A stretch of 64,000 nucleotides of DNA from Tubulanus polymorphus (GCF_964204645.1 NC_134030.1:479355-543354); one strand, 5' to 3'. Counted from the stretch's first letter, positions 26,046 to 38,800 are shown. The notes: a model not told the origin generated them from the sequence alone. Numbers and translations: made by a program.

Positions 26046-26385
26046 TTTAATCCTGTTATTGCTGTTTTTCTAGTTAAACTCGTCTATTTTGTGGTCTTTA
26101 TAGATTTATGTGTACAGGTTTCTATGGAGATCGCAGTACACCTGTCAGTGATTACTACGAATGAGTCGGAGTAAACCGTGACTAGTTCACAGTGCTCACA
26201 GTCAGATAACCCTAACCCTAGGGTTTGGCTGTGTTACGTACCCGAGCGCCTAGCGGATAACCCTAACCCTAGGGTTAGGAATTCGGTGTCCCTCCTAGGG
26301 TTAGGGTTACTCCGATCAGTCTCTGACTGCTATGAACGAGTGTAGAGCAGTGTTTGGCGGCTATGAACGAGTCGTGACTACAGTA
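26046..26385. promoter_or_regulatory. Short bidirectional promoter region between CFAP126 and POFUT2, with TAACCCTAGGGTT/TTAGGG motifs
   Basis: Divergent start codons are about 340 bp apart; three CCCTAA/TTAGGG clusters lie at about 26206-26310. Confidence 0.6.
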
Positions 26386-29300
26386 ATGGAGGGCGACGTG
26401 GCGTTTTTCAGATTTTTCCTACTGAAAATTCTCCTATTCTGCACAATTTGTTTGAGTTGTCAGATTGTTTATAGCGAAGATGGCTCCGAGTCGCTGATAT
26501 TTGAATCTGAGAATCAACAAACCGTTAATTCTGATGAACAGAAACCAATGAGGTGCGAAATATATAATCAATGCAATTCAAACTTTATTGAACGTTTACA
26601 CAAAACAGGCGATTTACACAATATAAACAACCAAACGAGAGAGAAATGATATCTTGAGTTTTGAACACTTAATTTGAAATTTTGGCCGAAATTTTACTGA
26701 AAATGTTGTTTCAATAATTTGTGTTACTGTGAATGAGCCATAAAAAATTATGAAGGCCTAATAATCAGACAATCCCGCTACCCTATAATCAGTAACCTGT
26801 CGGTAGTTTTGTTTAACGATCGGATATTTTCACATACCACACATGAGTTGGTATAAGCCCATCCGATTATAAGAAGCTTACCACCAACGATTAGGTAACT
26901 AACTACCGGTACCCCAGCCTGGCCCTCCTGTTGAGGGATTGTTTACATATCGCGTTGTGTTAGGTTTAGGGGTGATTTATATTTTATGTTGATATTGTTT
27001 TCTAGATATTTATTATATGAAGTGAACCCTGGCGAGGGGTTCAATCTACGCCGTGACGTCTATATGAGAATCGCTAATCTAGCTAAAGCATTAAACGCCA
27101 TCGAGCCGTGGACGCTAGTGCTGCCACCTTGGGGTAGAATTTATCACTGGAAATCTCCATCGCAGCAAACGAAATTACGTTGGTCTCAATTCTTTGATGT
27201 AGAGAGTTTGAATAGACACACGCCTGTGATTGAATTCGAAGATTTTAAAACTTGTAAGTTTATTTTTTCTAAATCTGGCGGGTCCTAAAAGAAAGGGTTC
27301 ATACTTTGTATGCATCCATGAGTGAGGGAGGGAGAGAGTGAGAGGAGGGAGAGAGATGGGGGAGAGAGGAGAAAGGAGAGGGAGAGGGAGGGAGAGAGAG
27401 GAGGGAGAGGAGAAAGGAGAGGAGAAAGGAGAGAGGGAGGGAGAGAGAGAGGGAGAAAGAGAGGGAGAGGGAGAGAGAGCCACAGGGTGAATTTCAATAA
27501 ATGTATCAATCTGTGGTCGCTTCATCATCAAATCTATTTTCTATTATATAATATTGGCCTAGATTTCAGCTTTTTTGATGAGATACCCGGTAAAATTAAT
27601 TTTGTAGTCGCGCTTGGAATTTTGTAGTCTGAATACCAGTCGTTGTTACGGGATCCCTACAACTTGATTAGGGAACGACGGCTAGGTACTAGACTAGGAA
27701 TTTTGGTGGTCATCATATGGATTTCTCATAAGGATGACCCCTGCCCCCCCTGGTTTGAAGACCCCGCCCACTCAGAATGGATCCACTGTTGCCCCTGATT
27801 ACATTGTTTTTCACACAAATGTTTCTCATTTCGTGCGTTTATTTTCAGTAAACGGTCCTGAAATTGATGAATTGTATTATTTACAAAATTATAAAGAAGG
27901 CTGGGGTCCGGACGGTTGGAAGGAGAAAATGGATTTCAGAGAATGTAATCAACAATCTCGATACAGACAGGTTAGAATTCAATTACTCCAGGACCCGGCT
28001 GGGAACCGGTCAATCTAAACTACTCAATTCTGTGATTCCCTGATTGTCAACTCGGCAGTCCAAACACAACTGGAGAAGTCAGCTTGGGTAGTTAAAAAGA
28101 TGTGTATTTATTGATTGCAGGACTCTAAGGGTACCACCAGCAGCAGTGGCGCGGGTGTATGGCGCGGTTGGTTTTGGGGATTTGATGACGTCGTTTCTAA
28201 GAAGTTTAATTGTATTTCTATTCAAGCTCACGCCAAATATCTAATACCATTTCTTACTAAAAAGACACAGGCGAGGTAAGTCTCACCACCAGGGGGCGTT
28301 AACGCTTTGTTTCTCCGCCAAGGGGCACTGTAAGATATAATCTCCATCAGGGTAGACGCTAGTAGACATTTGCACCAACAGGGGGCGTTAAAACTTAATT
28401 TCTACATCAGAAGGCACTATGGTAGACTGTCTCTCCACCAGGGTGCGCACTATGAGACAGTCCCTTCACCAGGGGTCGTCGATACTTAGTTTCTCCACCA
28501 GGGGGCGTCTGGTAGTAGTTAATTTTGTCAATTATTTTCCAGGTCAGTTATGATCGATAGAGCTGAGACTTTAATACACGATGTTTACGGTGAAACCGAC
28601 TACTGGCAAGTGAGTATATATCATTGAGAGGTTGTCGGATCACGTAGTAACCAGGGTTACTCACACACAGTCTCGTTCAAACAGGCTCGCCGATCGATGG
28701 TATTCGCTCGTCCGCTCACAGATGTTGCCGATCAATTCAGAGCTAAATATCTAAATTCATTTGATGAAACGGATAAAACTATATTTGAAGATGATTGGAG
28801 AACGATGCAGGTAGGTCTCATCCTTTCCTTCCTCCTCCTCTCTCCCTCCCTCCTCTCTCCTCTCCTTCCCCCTCTCTCACAGTCTCATCCTTTCCTTCCT
28901 CCTCATCATCCCTCTCCGTCTTCCCATTCCCTCTACTTCTCCTTCCTCTTCTTCTCCCCTTCCTCCTCTCTCCTTTATCCTCTCTCCCTCTTCCTCTCTC
29001 CTACCCTCCCTCCACTCTCCCTCTTTCCTCCCTCTCCCTCTTCCTCTCTCCTACCCTCCCTCCACTCCCCCTCTATCTCCCTCTCTCCCTCATCCTCTCT
29101 CCTACCCTCCCTCCACTCTCCCTCTTTCCACCCTCTCTCCCTCTTCCCTCTCTCCCTCACACTCTCTCAACCTCCCATTCCTCTCCCTCTCTCCCCTCTT
29201 CAGATCGGAACTCCTTGTGCTGCTATCTGTATTGTGTTGCACGGCTGGTATGTAATGTATATTATATTGTATTATACATTGTAGCGACGAAACCGCGATG

Positions 29301-31188
29301 CTATCGGAGGTCCATATTTAGCCGTTCATTTACGTAGATTAGATTTTCTATACAGTCACAAGAAGAGCGTACCGAGTCTAGAGGGCGCTGCTAATCGAAT
29401 ACAACAACTGCTGAAAGATCTGAAATTACAAACAGTATTTGTAGCTACAGACGCACCTGATGATGGTAATCTATACCCCTCCCCTCCTCTCTACTCAGCT
29501 AGATTTATATTCCTAGCGCCAACGAGTTAAAATCATTCATTTTCTGACACTTTAATTGTCAATTGTTAACTCACAATGTCAGACGGTGGATACTGGAGGT
29601 GTGATTAGATAGATGGAAATCTGGACTCCTGAAGTTGCACAGTTGTGGGTCGAAGCAGTTCCTTTCAATTGTTTAAAATCCTTGAATCAAAGTTTGACTG
29701 ACAACTGTGGAACCAGGTTCAGAACTATGGAACTGGTTTTAGTACAGTGGAACTGGTTCTAGTGGAACCGAGTCCACACTGTTTTACGGAGTTTGTTTGT
29801 CTAATAGTTGTTTGTCTGGATCTAGTTGAACCGAGTCCACACTATGTTTGTATGTTTGTAGAATACGGAGAATTGAAATGGTTTTTGAAAGATTATAAAG
29901 TTGAAAGATTTCGACCGAGTTCGGAAGAATTAAATCAGTTTCAAGATGGAGGAATTGCAATTATAGATCAATGGATCTGTGCACATGCCAGGTACGTAGA
30001 TAGGGGGGGATAGGGCGGCTCAAGGGGTCCAGGAGAGAGTGAGTAGCTAGCCTGCCAGCTCGAAAGGTCTCTCCTCATAGAATACTTGAAATAATGCCAA
30101 ATATTCACTTACTATAATACTAAGTGAAAGTCCTAATAAAACCGATCCAAATTAAACGAGTTATTACAGTAGAACTGGCGTAAGTAAGACTTAGAAAATT
30201 CCGATTTGGAGTAAGTCGTATTGTGGGGGTTTTCTATGAAATATCCGAGTTAGCTACAGATTAAGAACCTAAACCCTCACAACTGAGTGACACTGGGTCA
30301 GTACTCAATTATATAGCCGACTAATATTGTAAACATGTGCTTAACATGTGTGCGTCGACAGAAATATCAATCTACCGGTGTATAATAGACGCTGCGCGCC
30401 AGTGATGATCTTTTTAAAAATAATTGAAACAAGCCGACTGACTCGAGAGATTGAGATGTGCATTGCTTTGAAATGTTCGGAACATATACCGGTATTCTAG
30501 GTCACTTCCAGAATCCGACTTTGAGACAGATTTTGAAAGGAAAATGAACTGAGAAAATCGGGACCACGGAATTTCTGCTGATTTTCCGGCTTACGCCAGT
30601 TCTACTGAACTGTAAAACTGGATCCTGAACTGTAGAACTGGATCCTGAACTGTGGAACTGGATCCTAAACTGTAAAACTGGATCCTAAACTGTAAAACTG
30701 GATCCTAAACTGTAAAACTGGATCCTAAACTGTAAAACTGGATCCTTAACTGTAAAACTAGATCTAGAAATGTAGAACTGGATCCTAAACTGTAAAACTG
30801 GATCCTGAACTGTGGAACTGGATCCTGAACTGTGGAACTGAGTCCAGAACTGTGGAACTGAGTCCAGAACTGTAAAACTGGATCCTGAACTGTGGAACTG
30901 GATCCTGAACTGTGGAACTGAGTTCAGAACTGTAGAACTGGATCCTAAACTGTAAAACTTGATCCTGAACTGTAGAACTCTGTATAAGTGTATGTGATAA
31001 ATGAGTGTGTTGTATGTAATTATTGTAGGTATTTCATCGGTTCATCGCAGTCAACATTTTCATTTCGAATTCACGAAGAACGAGAAATTCTCGGTTTTAA
31101 ACCGAAAACAACTTTTAATTCATTCTGCGGAGATGAACAGAGTGAGAAACAATGTGAACAACCGTCGGAGTGGAAAATAGTTTATTAA
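26386..31188 (+). CDS. POFUT2: GDP-fucose protein O-fucosyltransferase 2
   Basis: Nine exons: 26386-26552, 27006-27253 ([27 protein letters not shown]), 27849-27970, 28121-28275, 28543-28609, 28685-28810, 29285-29465 ([21 protein letters not shown]), 29862-29991 ([12 protein letters not shown]), 31029-31188 ([22 protein letters not shown]). An alternative start at 26332 is possible. Confidence 0.95.
30167..30607. mobile_element. Non-autonomous DNA transposon, Tc1/mariner-pogo-like termini
   Basis: Perfect 18-bp TIR CAGTAGAACTGGCGTAAG / CTTACGCCAGTTCTACTG. TA on the left; the right flank is replaced by minisatellite. Confidence 0.6.
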
Positions 31189-31388
31189 ACCATTTACTGC
31201 ACGCTGGATCTACAGTAGACCCAGCATAATGGATCTACATCGTGCTGGATCTACAGTAGACCGGGCACGCTGGATCTACAGTAGACCGAGCACGCTGGAT
31301 CTACATCACGTTGGATGATAATTCCATAAGAGCATTTCAAGCATAATACATTATAAACATGACACCAGTCTTCCAACACTGCGTGTAA

Positions 31389-31585
31389 TAAGATAAAAAC
31401 CCACTATGTAAAAATTATAAGATTTTTAAAATCGAGAATTTATTTATTCAAAAAATCTAAAATGTAAAATACAAGACGTTTCGATCTCACACTAGAGATG
31501 ATCATACAATTCTTCTAATCTGTAGATAGCGGGTTTTTATCTAATTATCCGTTCACCGGGTTTGGGTGCACAGGTTATTGTACTA
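31389..31585 (-). mobile_element. Penelope-like repeat copy just downstream of the POFUT2 stop codon
   Basis: taagataaaaacccactatg...gacgtttcgatctcacactagagat matches the 7068-7210 family. Confidence 0.5.
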
Positions 31586-32458
31586 CTGTGCGTGTGTGAT
31601 ACTTACATTTACTGTACTTAACAAGTTCAAACTGATAATAGACTGTTCACCTACAGCCCGGAACCTGCGTCCCTTTCTCCCCTGGGAATGGTGATCAAAT
31701 TTCTATATACGTCTTAGAAGGGCCGAGGGGTTGCAGGGTCCTAGGCTTGATGGGTTGCAGGGTGCGGATTAGAAGGTACCTGGTAATAAATATTGAAGAA
31801 GTTTAGAGTTAATTCATGACATTTCTAGGTTTAAGGGGTAATAGTTTTCTGTTGACAAATCTGTGGTAAATAATACTTAAATTTATTACTAATAATTTTC
31901 TATTTTCTGTGATGAAAACTTAGTTTTGTTTCGGACAATCTTCTTAACTTTTCTCTCAATAGCTAATCAAACAATTCCATTTATAATACAACGAACCAAT
32001 CAGAGATAGCAACGAACCAATCAGAGATAGGGTTATATCCTCAACGAACTAATCAGAGATAAGGTTACATCCTCAATAAACGGGAGACAATTACAAGAAA
32101 ATTTGAAACAATAAAAATCTATTTTATTTATTGATATTTAACTGAAGTTGTTTTAGTTTTCTTATTGTGGACACATTATCTCGCTTGCCAGTGCTTGTCT
32201 CGAAGCTGACTCATGGTGCTCCCTGTCGTCCAAATGAACCATCGGAAACGAAAATACGAAGGTTTTACAGTTTGACTCTATGAGGCAATTCTGAACAAAT
32301 TAATGTCACATCAAGCCATGCACGTATAAACTAGATTATACGTCCATGATCAACCCAATTCCACAAGTGTATGTGAAGGAAGAACCACAGTAGACCATAT
32401 CCAGCATAAACCCACCATCCACGACCAACCTCCGTGCGCCAATCGCTATCGTTGATGC

Positions 32459-32796
32459 CAGGGGCGGATCCAGGGGGATGGGTAGACAGTATTGGAAGGA
32501 AATTTAAGGGCACCTTTCTGATCTTAGGGCACACCCAGTATCCAGGTCAATGCGAGTGCCGAAGGCGCGAAGTCCTTCGAAGGGGGTATGGGGGCCCCCA
32601 GAAAATTTTGATAATATGGTACCATTTAAAGGCTTTTAGAGGGCTTCAGAGCAATTCAGAATAAACGACCCGGACACGGAATTAGCAGTTGCTGAAATAA
32701 TGCCTTTAAAAATATTGCCGGTGAAATTTCGAAGGGCGCTTAACAATGCTAGACCGTATTGGGCAATACGGCTAATACGGTCTGGATCCGCCTCTG
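32459..32796. mobile_element. MITE with 5-bp TSD (GATGC)
   Basis: TIRs CAGGGGCGGATCCAG / CTGGATCCGCCTCTG with GATGC on both sides; absent from the paralogous segment at about 35670. Confidence 0.75.
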
Positions 32797-32976
32797 GATG
32801 CGTGCAGTCAAACTTAAGATGCTAAGGTAAGATGGTAGTCTAGCCTCTCGGATTTGACTGGTATCCAGAGTACACGTTCAGGCCATCATTCGCTAAACAT
32901 CGACCAAACTTAGATGTTTTGATTCAAGCAGGTTATTGATTGGAGGTTCGTGGTTCGAGGAATTGTTCGGCGATCC

Positions 32977-33082
32977 TGAGTCCAGTTCCACAGTTGTGAG
33001 TTAAAATTTGACTCTGAGTTCACTAATTGAAAATGAACTAACTTTAACTCAGAGTTAACTCAGAACTGTGGAACCGGGTCCA
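32977..33082. mobile_element. Short MITE with (G)TCCAGTTCCACAGTT-type termini
   Basis: gtccagttccacagtt ... aactgtggaaccgggtcc inverted ends; related elements at 6883-6989 and 36069-36137. Confidence 0.55.
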
Positions 33083-33708
33083 GATCAAGTTTCTAGTCAA
33101 CATTTAGATCAATAAGCTCTACAGGAATTGAATAATCAATTATCACAAACAATTGTAGAGATTTCTGGTCTCGATGTTATAATTGTCGGACACTTTTGAG
33201 TTAAATCAAAGAGTGTGACAGAGTCGTGAAATCAGTAAAAAATGCCAAAACATATCAGACTTGGCACTAGTGATGTGTTCGCACACTTAAGTTTTGAACA
33301 ATGAAACCGGATCATTAGAATTAAACCTGGATTTGTAACGTGCGGTTATAAATTACGAGGAAAAGCCGGAAGTTTAAGATAAGCCAACGGTAAAACCCCG
33401 CTCTGAGAGTCAGCTGACAAACAGTTATGCACAAATGCCGCTTGTCACGTAGGCATATATACTGATAAGAGTGCAGATAACGCCATCTGCTGCCAAATAG
33501 TGTAAGTTGTTCTGATGTTCCGAGTCTGTCGTGACAGATACAGTAAGTTCACAGGAAGACAAGAGATCAACCGGAAACGAATCTAGTACTGAGTTCGGCC
33601 AGTCTCGAAAGAAAGATACGTGAGGTAGGCTTTCCTTATTTTGGATTCATGAATTGTGGCTATATTAAACATAAAGTACTGATGAGACAGCTTTCACAAC
33701 TTTCACAC

Positions 33709-33943
33709 AAGTGACGAGACGAGTAGTAGTGTATAGGTTAACTATTTATTTGACGCACGAGCTTTCGCTTCTAATGAATAGAAGCTTCATCGGGTGAATG
33801 AGCGAGGGATTCATTGACCTGAATTCTCTCATTCACCTGAATTATCTCATTCACCCGATGAAGCTTCTATTCATTAGTAGCGAAAGCTCGTGCGTCAAAT
33901 AAATAGTTAGTTAACCTATATAGTACTACTCGTCTCGTTACTT
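33709..33943. mobile_element. Fold-back element with two inverted hammerhead-like motifs, in the probable 5' intron of the ART gene
   Basis: Near-perfect inverted arms of about 95 bp. Each arm carries CAC-CCGATGA-A-GCTTCTA..TAG(A/T)AGC-GAAAG-CTC-GTG (33755-33796 minus, 33852-33893 plus). Confidence 0.65.
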
Positions 33944-34059
33944 ATTTTAAACCTGGTTAACACGGCTAGTCTACGAACTTTCCACACAGGCTTTTGTAAT
34001 CTATGCAACTAAGGCAACTCTAAGAAACGCGTCAAAACAAATCTTTCTGTTTCAGAGAG

Positions 34060-34749
34060 ATGAATCGCATTGATAAGAGATATATAGGTGACGCAGACGA
34101 TTACGTCGTGAATGAAACGATAAGTCTGGCTCCAAATACACTTCTGGCTAGCGGGTCTGCTGATGACCTAATAAAAGAATTCCAGAACCCCGGCTTACGC
34201 GAATTGCAGGAGGGCTGGAACGATGCATCATACGCTAACATTCCTTATCCTGATGATGGCCTCACCGAAGACGAACGCTTGGCTATCACGACATACACTG
34301 GCGAGTATAGCTATTATAGATTCAATACTGAAACTAAAGTTCTCTACTCTCAAGTAGCCAGTGGAATGCCGTGTGATTTTCCAATTCCTTATCACTGGAA
34401 AGGCATGTATCACTTGCTTACGTCTGGGATTAGGAAACTTCGTCAACACTCTGGGCCCCTAACAGTTTATCGAGGACAGAGATCGCAACCAATTGTGGAC
34501 ACCAGCGATGCTATCAAGTTCAGGTGCTTCACTTCAACTAGTGTTGATGAAGAGGTAGCCAAAGAATTCGGTCGTTTCAACGTGATGTTCAAAATACAGA
34601 CAAATCAAGGGGCTGAGATAACCAATTATTCGATATTCAAGAATGAAAACGAGGTGCTCATTCCGCCCACAGAGACGTTTATAGTGAAAAGGAAGGAACA
34701 AATAGATGGCACACTTTGGTACGATTTGAGATCAGTCGAATGCCGATAA
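34060..34749 (+). CDS. NAD(+)-arginine ADP-ribosyltransferase (ARTC/R-S-E clade), single coding exon, no signal peptide or GPI tail
   Basis: 229-aa ORF with LAITTYT, VYRG (R), FTSTS (S) and ENEVLIPP (ExE). A tttcag acceptor sits 4 nt before the ATG, and a probable non-coding exon ends at about 33624 (gag|gtagg). Confidence 0.88.
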   Translation: MNRIDKRYIGDADDYVVNETISLAPNTLLASGSADDLIKEFQNPGLRELQEGWNDASYANIPYPDDGLTEDERLAITTYTGEYSYYRFNTETKVLYSQVASGMPCDFPIPYHWKGMYHLLTSGIRKLRQHSGPLTVYRGQRSQPIVDTSDAIKFRCFTSTSVDEEVAKEFGRFNVMFKIQTNQGAEITNYSIFKNENEVLIPPTETFIVKRKEQIDGTLWYDLRSVECR

Positions 34750-35824
34750 GGACACAATATGTACTTTAATGAGTTATAACTGCTTACTCTTACATTATCT
34801 ATGATCAGTAAACGAGAATCCAAATCTATTATATATTGACTGTGCTTTTTAAGTTTAAACCATTATTAACGAAATGTCAAAAGTCAATAGGGGCAGCTGA
34901 CGTAACAGTGTTACGAAATTGTATGTATATGTACTTGTAGTAATCGAAGAAGAGTCTCACAATTCGAATTTTGTATGCTTAAAATGATTTATTAAAACGA
35001 AACCACAACATTTCAGCTGTTGACTAACAACCATCATCAGGTGGAATGTAGCAAAGCATGTTACAAGCACTTTGTTTATTTTGTTTCTGCTCATTGCACC
35101 TGATGATGATATACTTAAGTATGATTAAGCAATTAATGAATTAAGCAATATGTAGAAAAATATTGAAAAGTTTAAAGAACTCGAAGAAATGAAATACAAA
35201 TAAATTATAAAATAAATAATGATTAAGTTATAAACCAAATAAGGTGAAACCGGACATAAAACCAAATAACATCAAAGCAAATTTCACCCATAAAGTTTGT
35301 TCTCATAGACTCAGATATATCATCAATGTAACTGTTGTTCCTTCGTGGTAATGCAACATTTATAACGAGTAAATTTGAAACAATAAAAATATATTTTATT
35401 CATTGATTATCAACTGACGTTTTTTATTGGACGTACAATTTATCTCGCTTGCCAGTGCTTGTCTCGAAGCTGACTCGTGGTGCCCCTGTCATCCAAATGA
35501 ACCATCGGAATCGAATATACAAAGGTTTCGCAGTTTATCACTTTATGAGGCAATTCCGAACAACATCACAACCCAATTCCACGGTTCTATGGAACCACAA
35601 TAGACCAAATCCGTTACAGCGAAAACCAGCAGAGCATCGATTAACCAATAAGGCACATCTCATCGGCCACGCAGACGGTGCAGTACCAACTTAAGATGAT
35701 AAGATAAGATAAAAACCTAGCTTCTCGGATTTGACTCCGAAGATGCAAGATGTTGGAACTACAATGTAACTTGTTGAGATCGTAGAGTGGGAGTCGGCCC
35801 GATTGAATACGTCCATACGTGGTT

Positions 35825-38800
35825 TTATTTCTGTGAATATTGACCTCGCTTGAAAAATCTCCCGAATACAAATATATTCCCTTCCTAGAAAACAGAAATA
35901 TAGAAACAACATCATAAACAGAACCCAGTTCCACCAGTTTGATTTGACTCTGAAAACCCCGTTCCACAGTTGTGTGGGTTTCATTTGACTCTGAACCCCG
36001 TTCCACAGTTGTGTGGGTTTCATTTGACTCTGAACCCAGTTCCACAGTTGTGTGGGTTTCATTTGGTTCTGGGCCCAGTTTCACAAAAAAAGGGTTTAAC
36101 TCAAACTTTTGGTACTTTTTTGTGAAACTGGGCCCAGAACCAAATGAAACCCGCACAACCAATAGCGATTACACCAAAAACTTGAGTTTAACTTTTTTTT
36201 GTGAAACTGATCCAGGACCCATTTCGACAGGGGTTTAATTTGACTGTGGGTTTAACGGATCTACTCACATATATAAGCCGTGTTAATTCCCCCCACATAG
36301 ATTTATTAGGTATTTTTTCCGTTCCTTCCGCTCTCTTCACGAAATGCATAAATAAAACTCCAGCCACTAAATACACACAAACTAGCACGAAAAATCTAGA
36401 AATATACAGAAACAGTTTATAGGCATACAAAAAGAATTCCGTATTTTGAAATTCCCCCCGCAACCACGAGCGGGATTAAAACTCACGTGATACAGAGTAT
36501 CGAACCGACAGTGAGGCTGTCCGAGCTGCCAGATCCGGCACACACTCGACTTCCCGATAATTCTAATTTCTGCAACGCAACGAGAAAAAAAGAATTCAAA
36601 TTCTAAATCGACCAAGTTTAAAGTCAATTTTATTGGAAATTCCGAACACACATTAATGGTACATGCTGTGATGCAGGGTACAGGCTGGGGAGTGGGTACC
36701 GGGTACAGGCTGGGGAGTGGATACCGGGTACTGGCTGGGGAGTGGATACCGGGTACAGGCTGGGGAGTGGATACCGGGTACTGGCTGGGGAGTGGATACC
36801 GGGTACAGGCTGGGGAGTGGATACCGGGTACTGGCTGGGGAGTGGATACCGGGTACTGGCTGGGGAGTGGGTACTGGGTACAGGCCTGAGGAGTGGGTAC
36901 CGGGTACAGGCCTGAGGAGTGGGTACCGGGCACAGGCTGAGGAGTGGGTATTGGGTACAGGCTGGGGAGTGGGTACCGGGCACAGGCTGGGGAGTGGGTA
37001 CCAGGTACAGGCTGGGGAGTGGGTACCAGGTACAGGCTGGGGAGCGGGTACCAGGTACTGGCTGGGGAGTGGGTACCAGGTACAGGCTGGGGAGTGGGTA
37101 CCAGGTACTGGCTGGGGAGTGGGTACCAGGTACTGGCTGGGGAGTGGGTACCAGGTACAGGCTGGGGAGTGGGTACAGGGTACAGGCTGGGGAGTGGGTA
37201 CTGGGTACAGGCCTGAGGAGTGGGTACCGGGTACAGGCCTGAGGAGTGGGTATTGGGTACAGGCTGGGGAGTGGGTATTGGGTACAGGCTGGGGAGTGGG
37301 TACCGGGCACAGGCCTGAGGAGTGGGTACTGGGCACAGGCTGGGCGGTGGGAACTGGGTACAGGCTGAGGAGTGGGTATTGGGTACAGGCTGGGGAGTGG
37401 GTACTGGGCACAGGCTGAGGAGTGGATACCGGGCACAGGCTGGGGAGTGGGTACTGGGCACAGGCTGGGCATTGGGAACTGGGTACAGGCTGAGGAGTGG
37501 GTATTGGGTACAGGCTGGGGAGTGGGTACCGGGTACTGGCTGGGGAGTGGGTACCGGGTACAGGCCTGGAGAGTGGGTATCGGGCACAGGCTGAGGAGTG
37601 GGTACTGGGTACAGGCTGGGGAGTGGGTACCGGGCACAGGCTGGGGAGTGGGTACCGGGTACAGGCCTGGAGAGTTGGTACCGGGCACAGGCTGGGGAGT
37701 GGGTACCGGGTACAGGCTGGGGAGTGGGTACCAGGTACAGGCTGGGGAGTGGGTACAGGGTACAGGCTGGGGAGTGGGTACCGGGCACAGGCTGGGGAGT
37801 GGGTACTGGGTACAGGCTGGGGAGTGGGTACTGGGCACAGGCTGGGGAGTGGGTACTGGGCACAGGCTGGGGAGTGGGTATTGGGTACAGGCTGGGGAGT
37901 GGGTACCGGGCACAGGCTGGGGAGTGGGTACTGGGTACAGGCTGGGGAGTGGGTACCGGGCACAGACTGGGGAGTGGGTACCGGGCACAGGCTGGGGAGT
38001 GGGTATTGGGTACAGGCTGGGGAGTGGGTACTGGGCACAGGCTGGGGAGTGGGTACTGGGTACAGGCTGGGGAGTGGGTACCGGGCACAGGCTGGGGAGT
38101 GGGTACTGGGTACGGGCTGGGGAGTGGGTACCGGGCACAGGCTGAGGAGTGGGTACTGGGTACAGGGTACTGGGTATAGGAATGGACTTCCGATATTGAC
38201 ATGCTTACGACAGGGACACCGGCACTTGTTACTTTCAGTTGTACTGATTGGCTATCTGTACAAATTAGTGTTACTTCAGTATTACTGTAAAACAGAACAT
38301 AAATGAACTCTCTGCTGCCCCCTGGTGGCCAACCGGAATTAACGATTTTATACTCACCCGGTGCCAACATACGTAGCGATAACTCTGTTAATTGAAGAAT
38401 CATAAGTCCAACTGGGTGGAGGATTCCCCACGCCAATCATATAATCTCTGTTCAGACTTTGACAAACCTTAAAATAACAATATCCCGGGAACAATATTTA
38501 TCCGTTTTGATATATCATGTTTGTTTGGTGGGAGGTGGATGGAAGGGAGGGAGGGAGGGAGAGAGAGAGAGGGGGAGGGAGACCTACCGCCACATTTGCA
38601 CAAGTTTTGTTTGTAAAAGCGGTACAAGGGTTGTACCAAAACCAGTTGCCAGACCCATCTTTGTTAGCAAATCTGTAACAATAAACAAGCGGATTTCATA
38701 TCGAAAATTAATCGTTGCTCCGCCCGTTCCAAATGTGAGATTTTGGACCCTTCCCACATAGATTGCGATTTAAGAATCTAATCTCGTGGTCATATGCGAT

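Noticed and set aside
28811-29200. Ser/Pro/Leu-rich ORF extensions
   Set aside because: Pyrimidine-rich low-complexity intron of POFUT2.
36382-38436. 684-aa and overlapping Pro/Cys-rich ORFs
   Set aside because: They are translations of a 27-bp minisatellite open in many frames, lying inside a well-supported intron.
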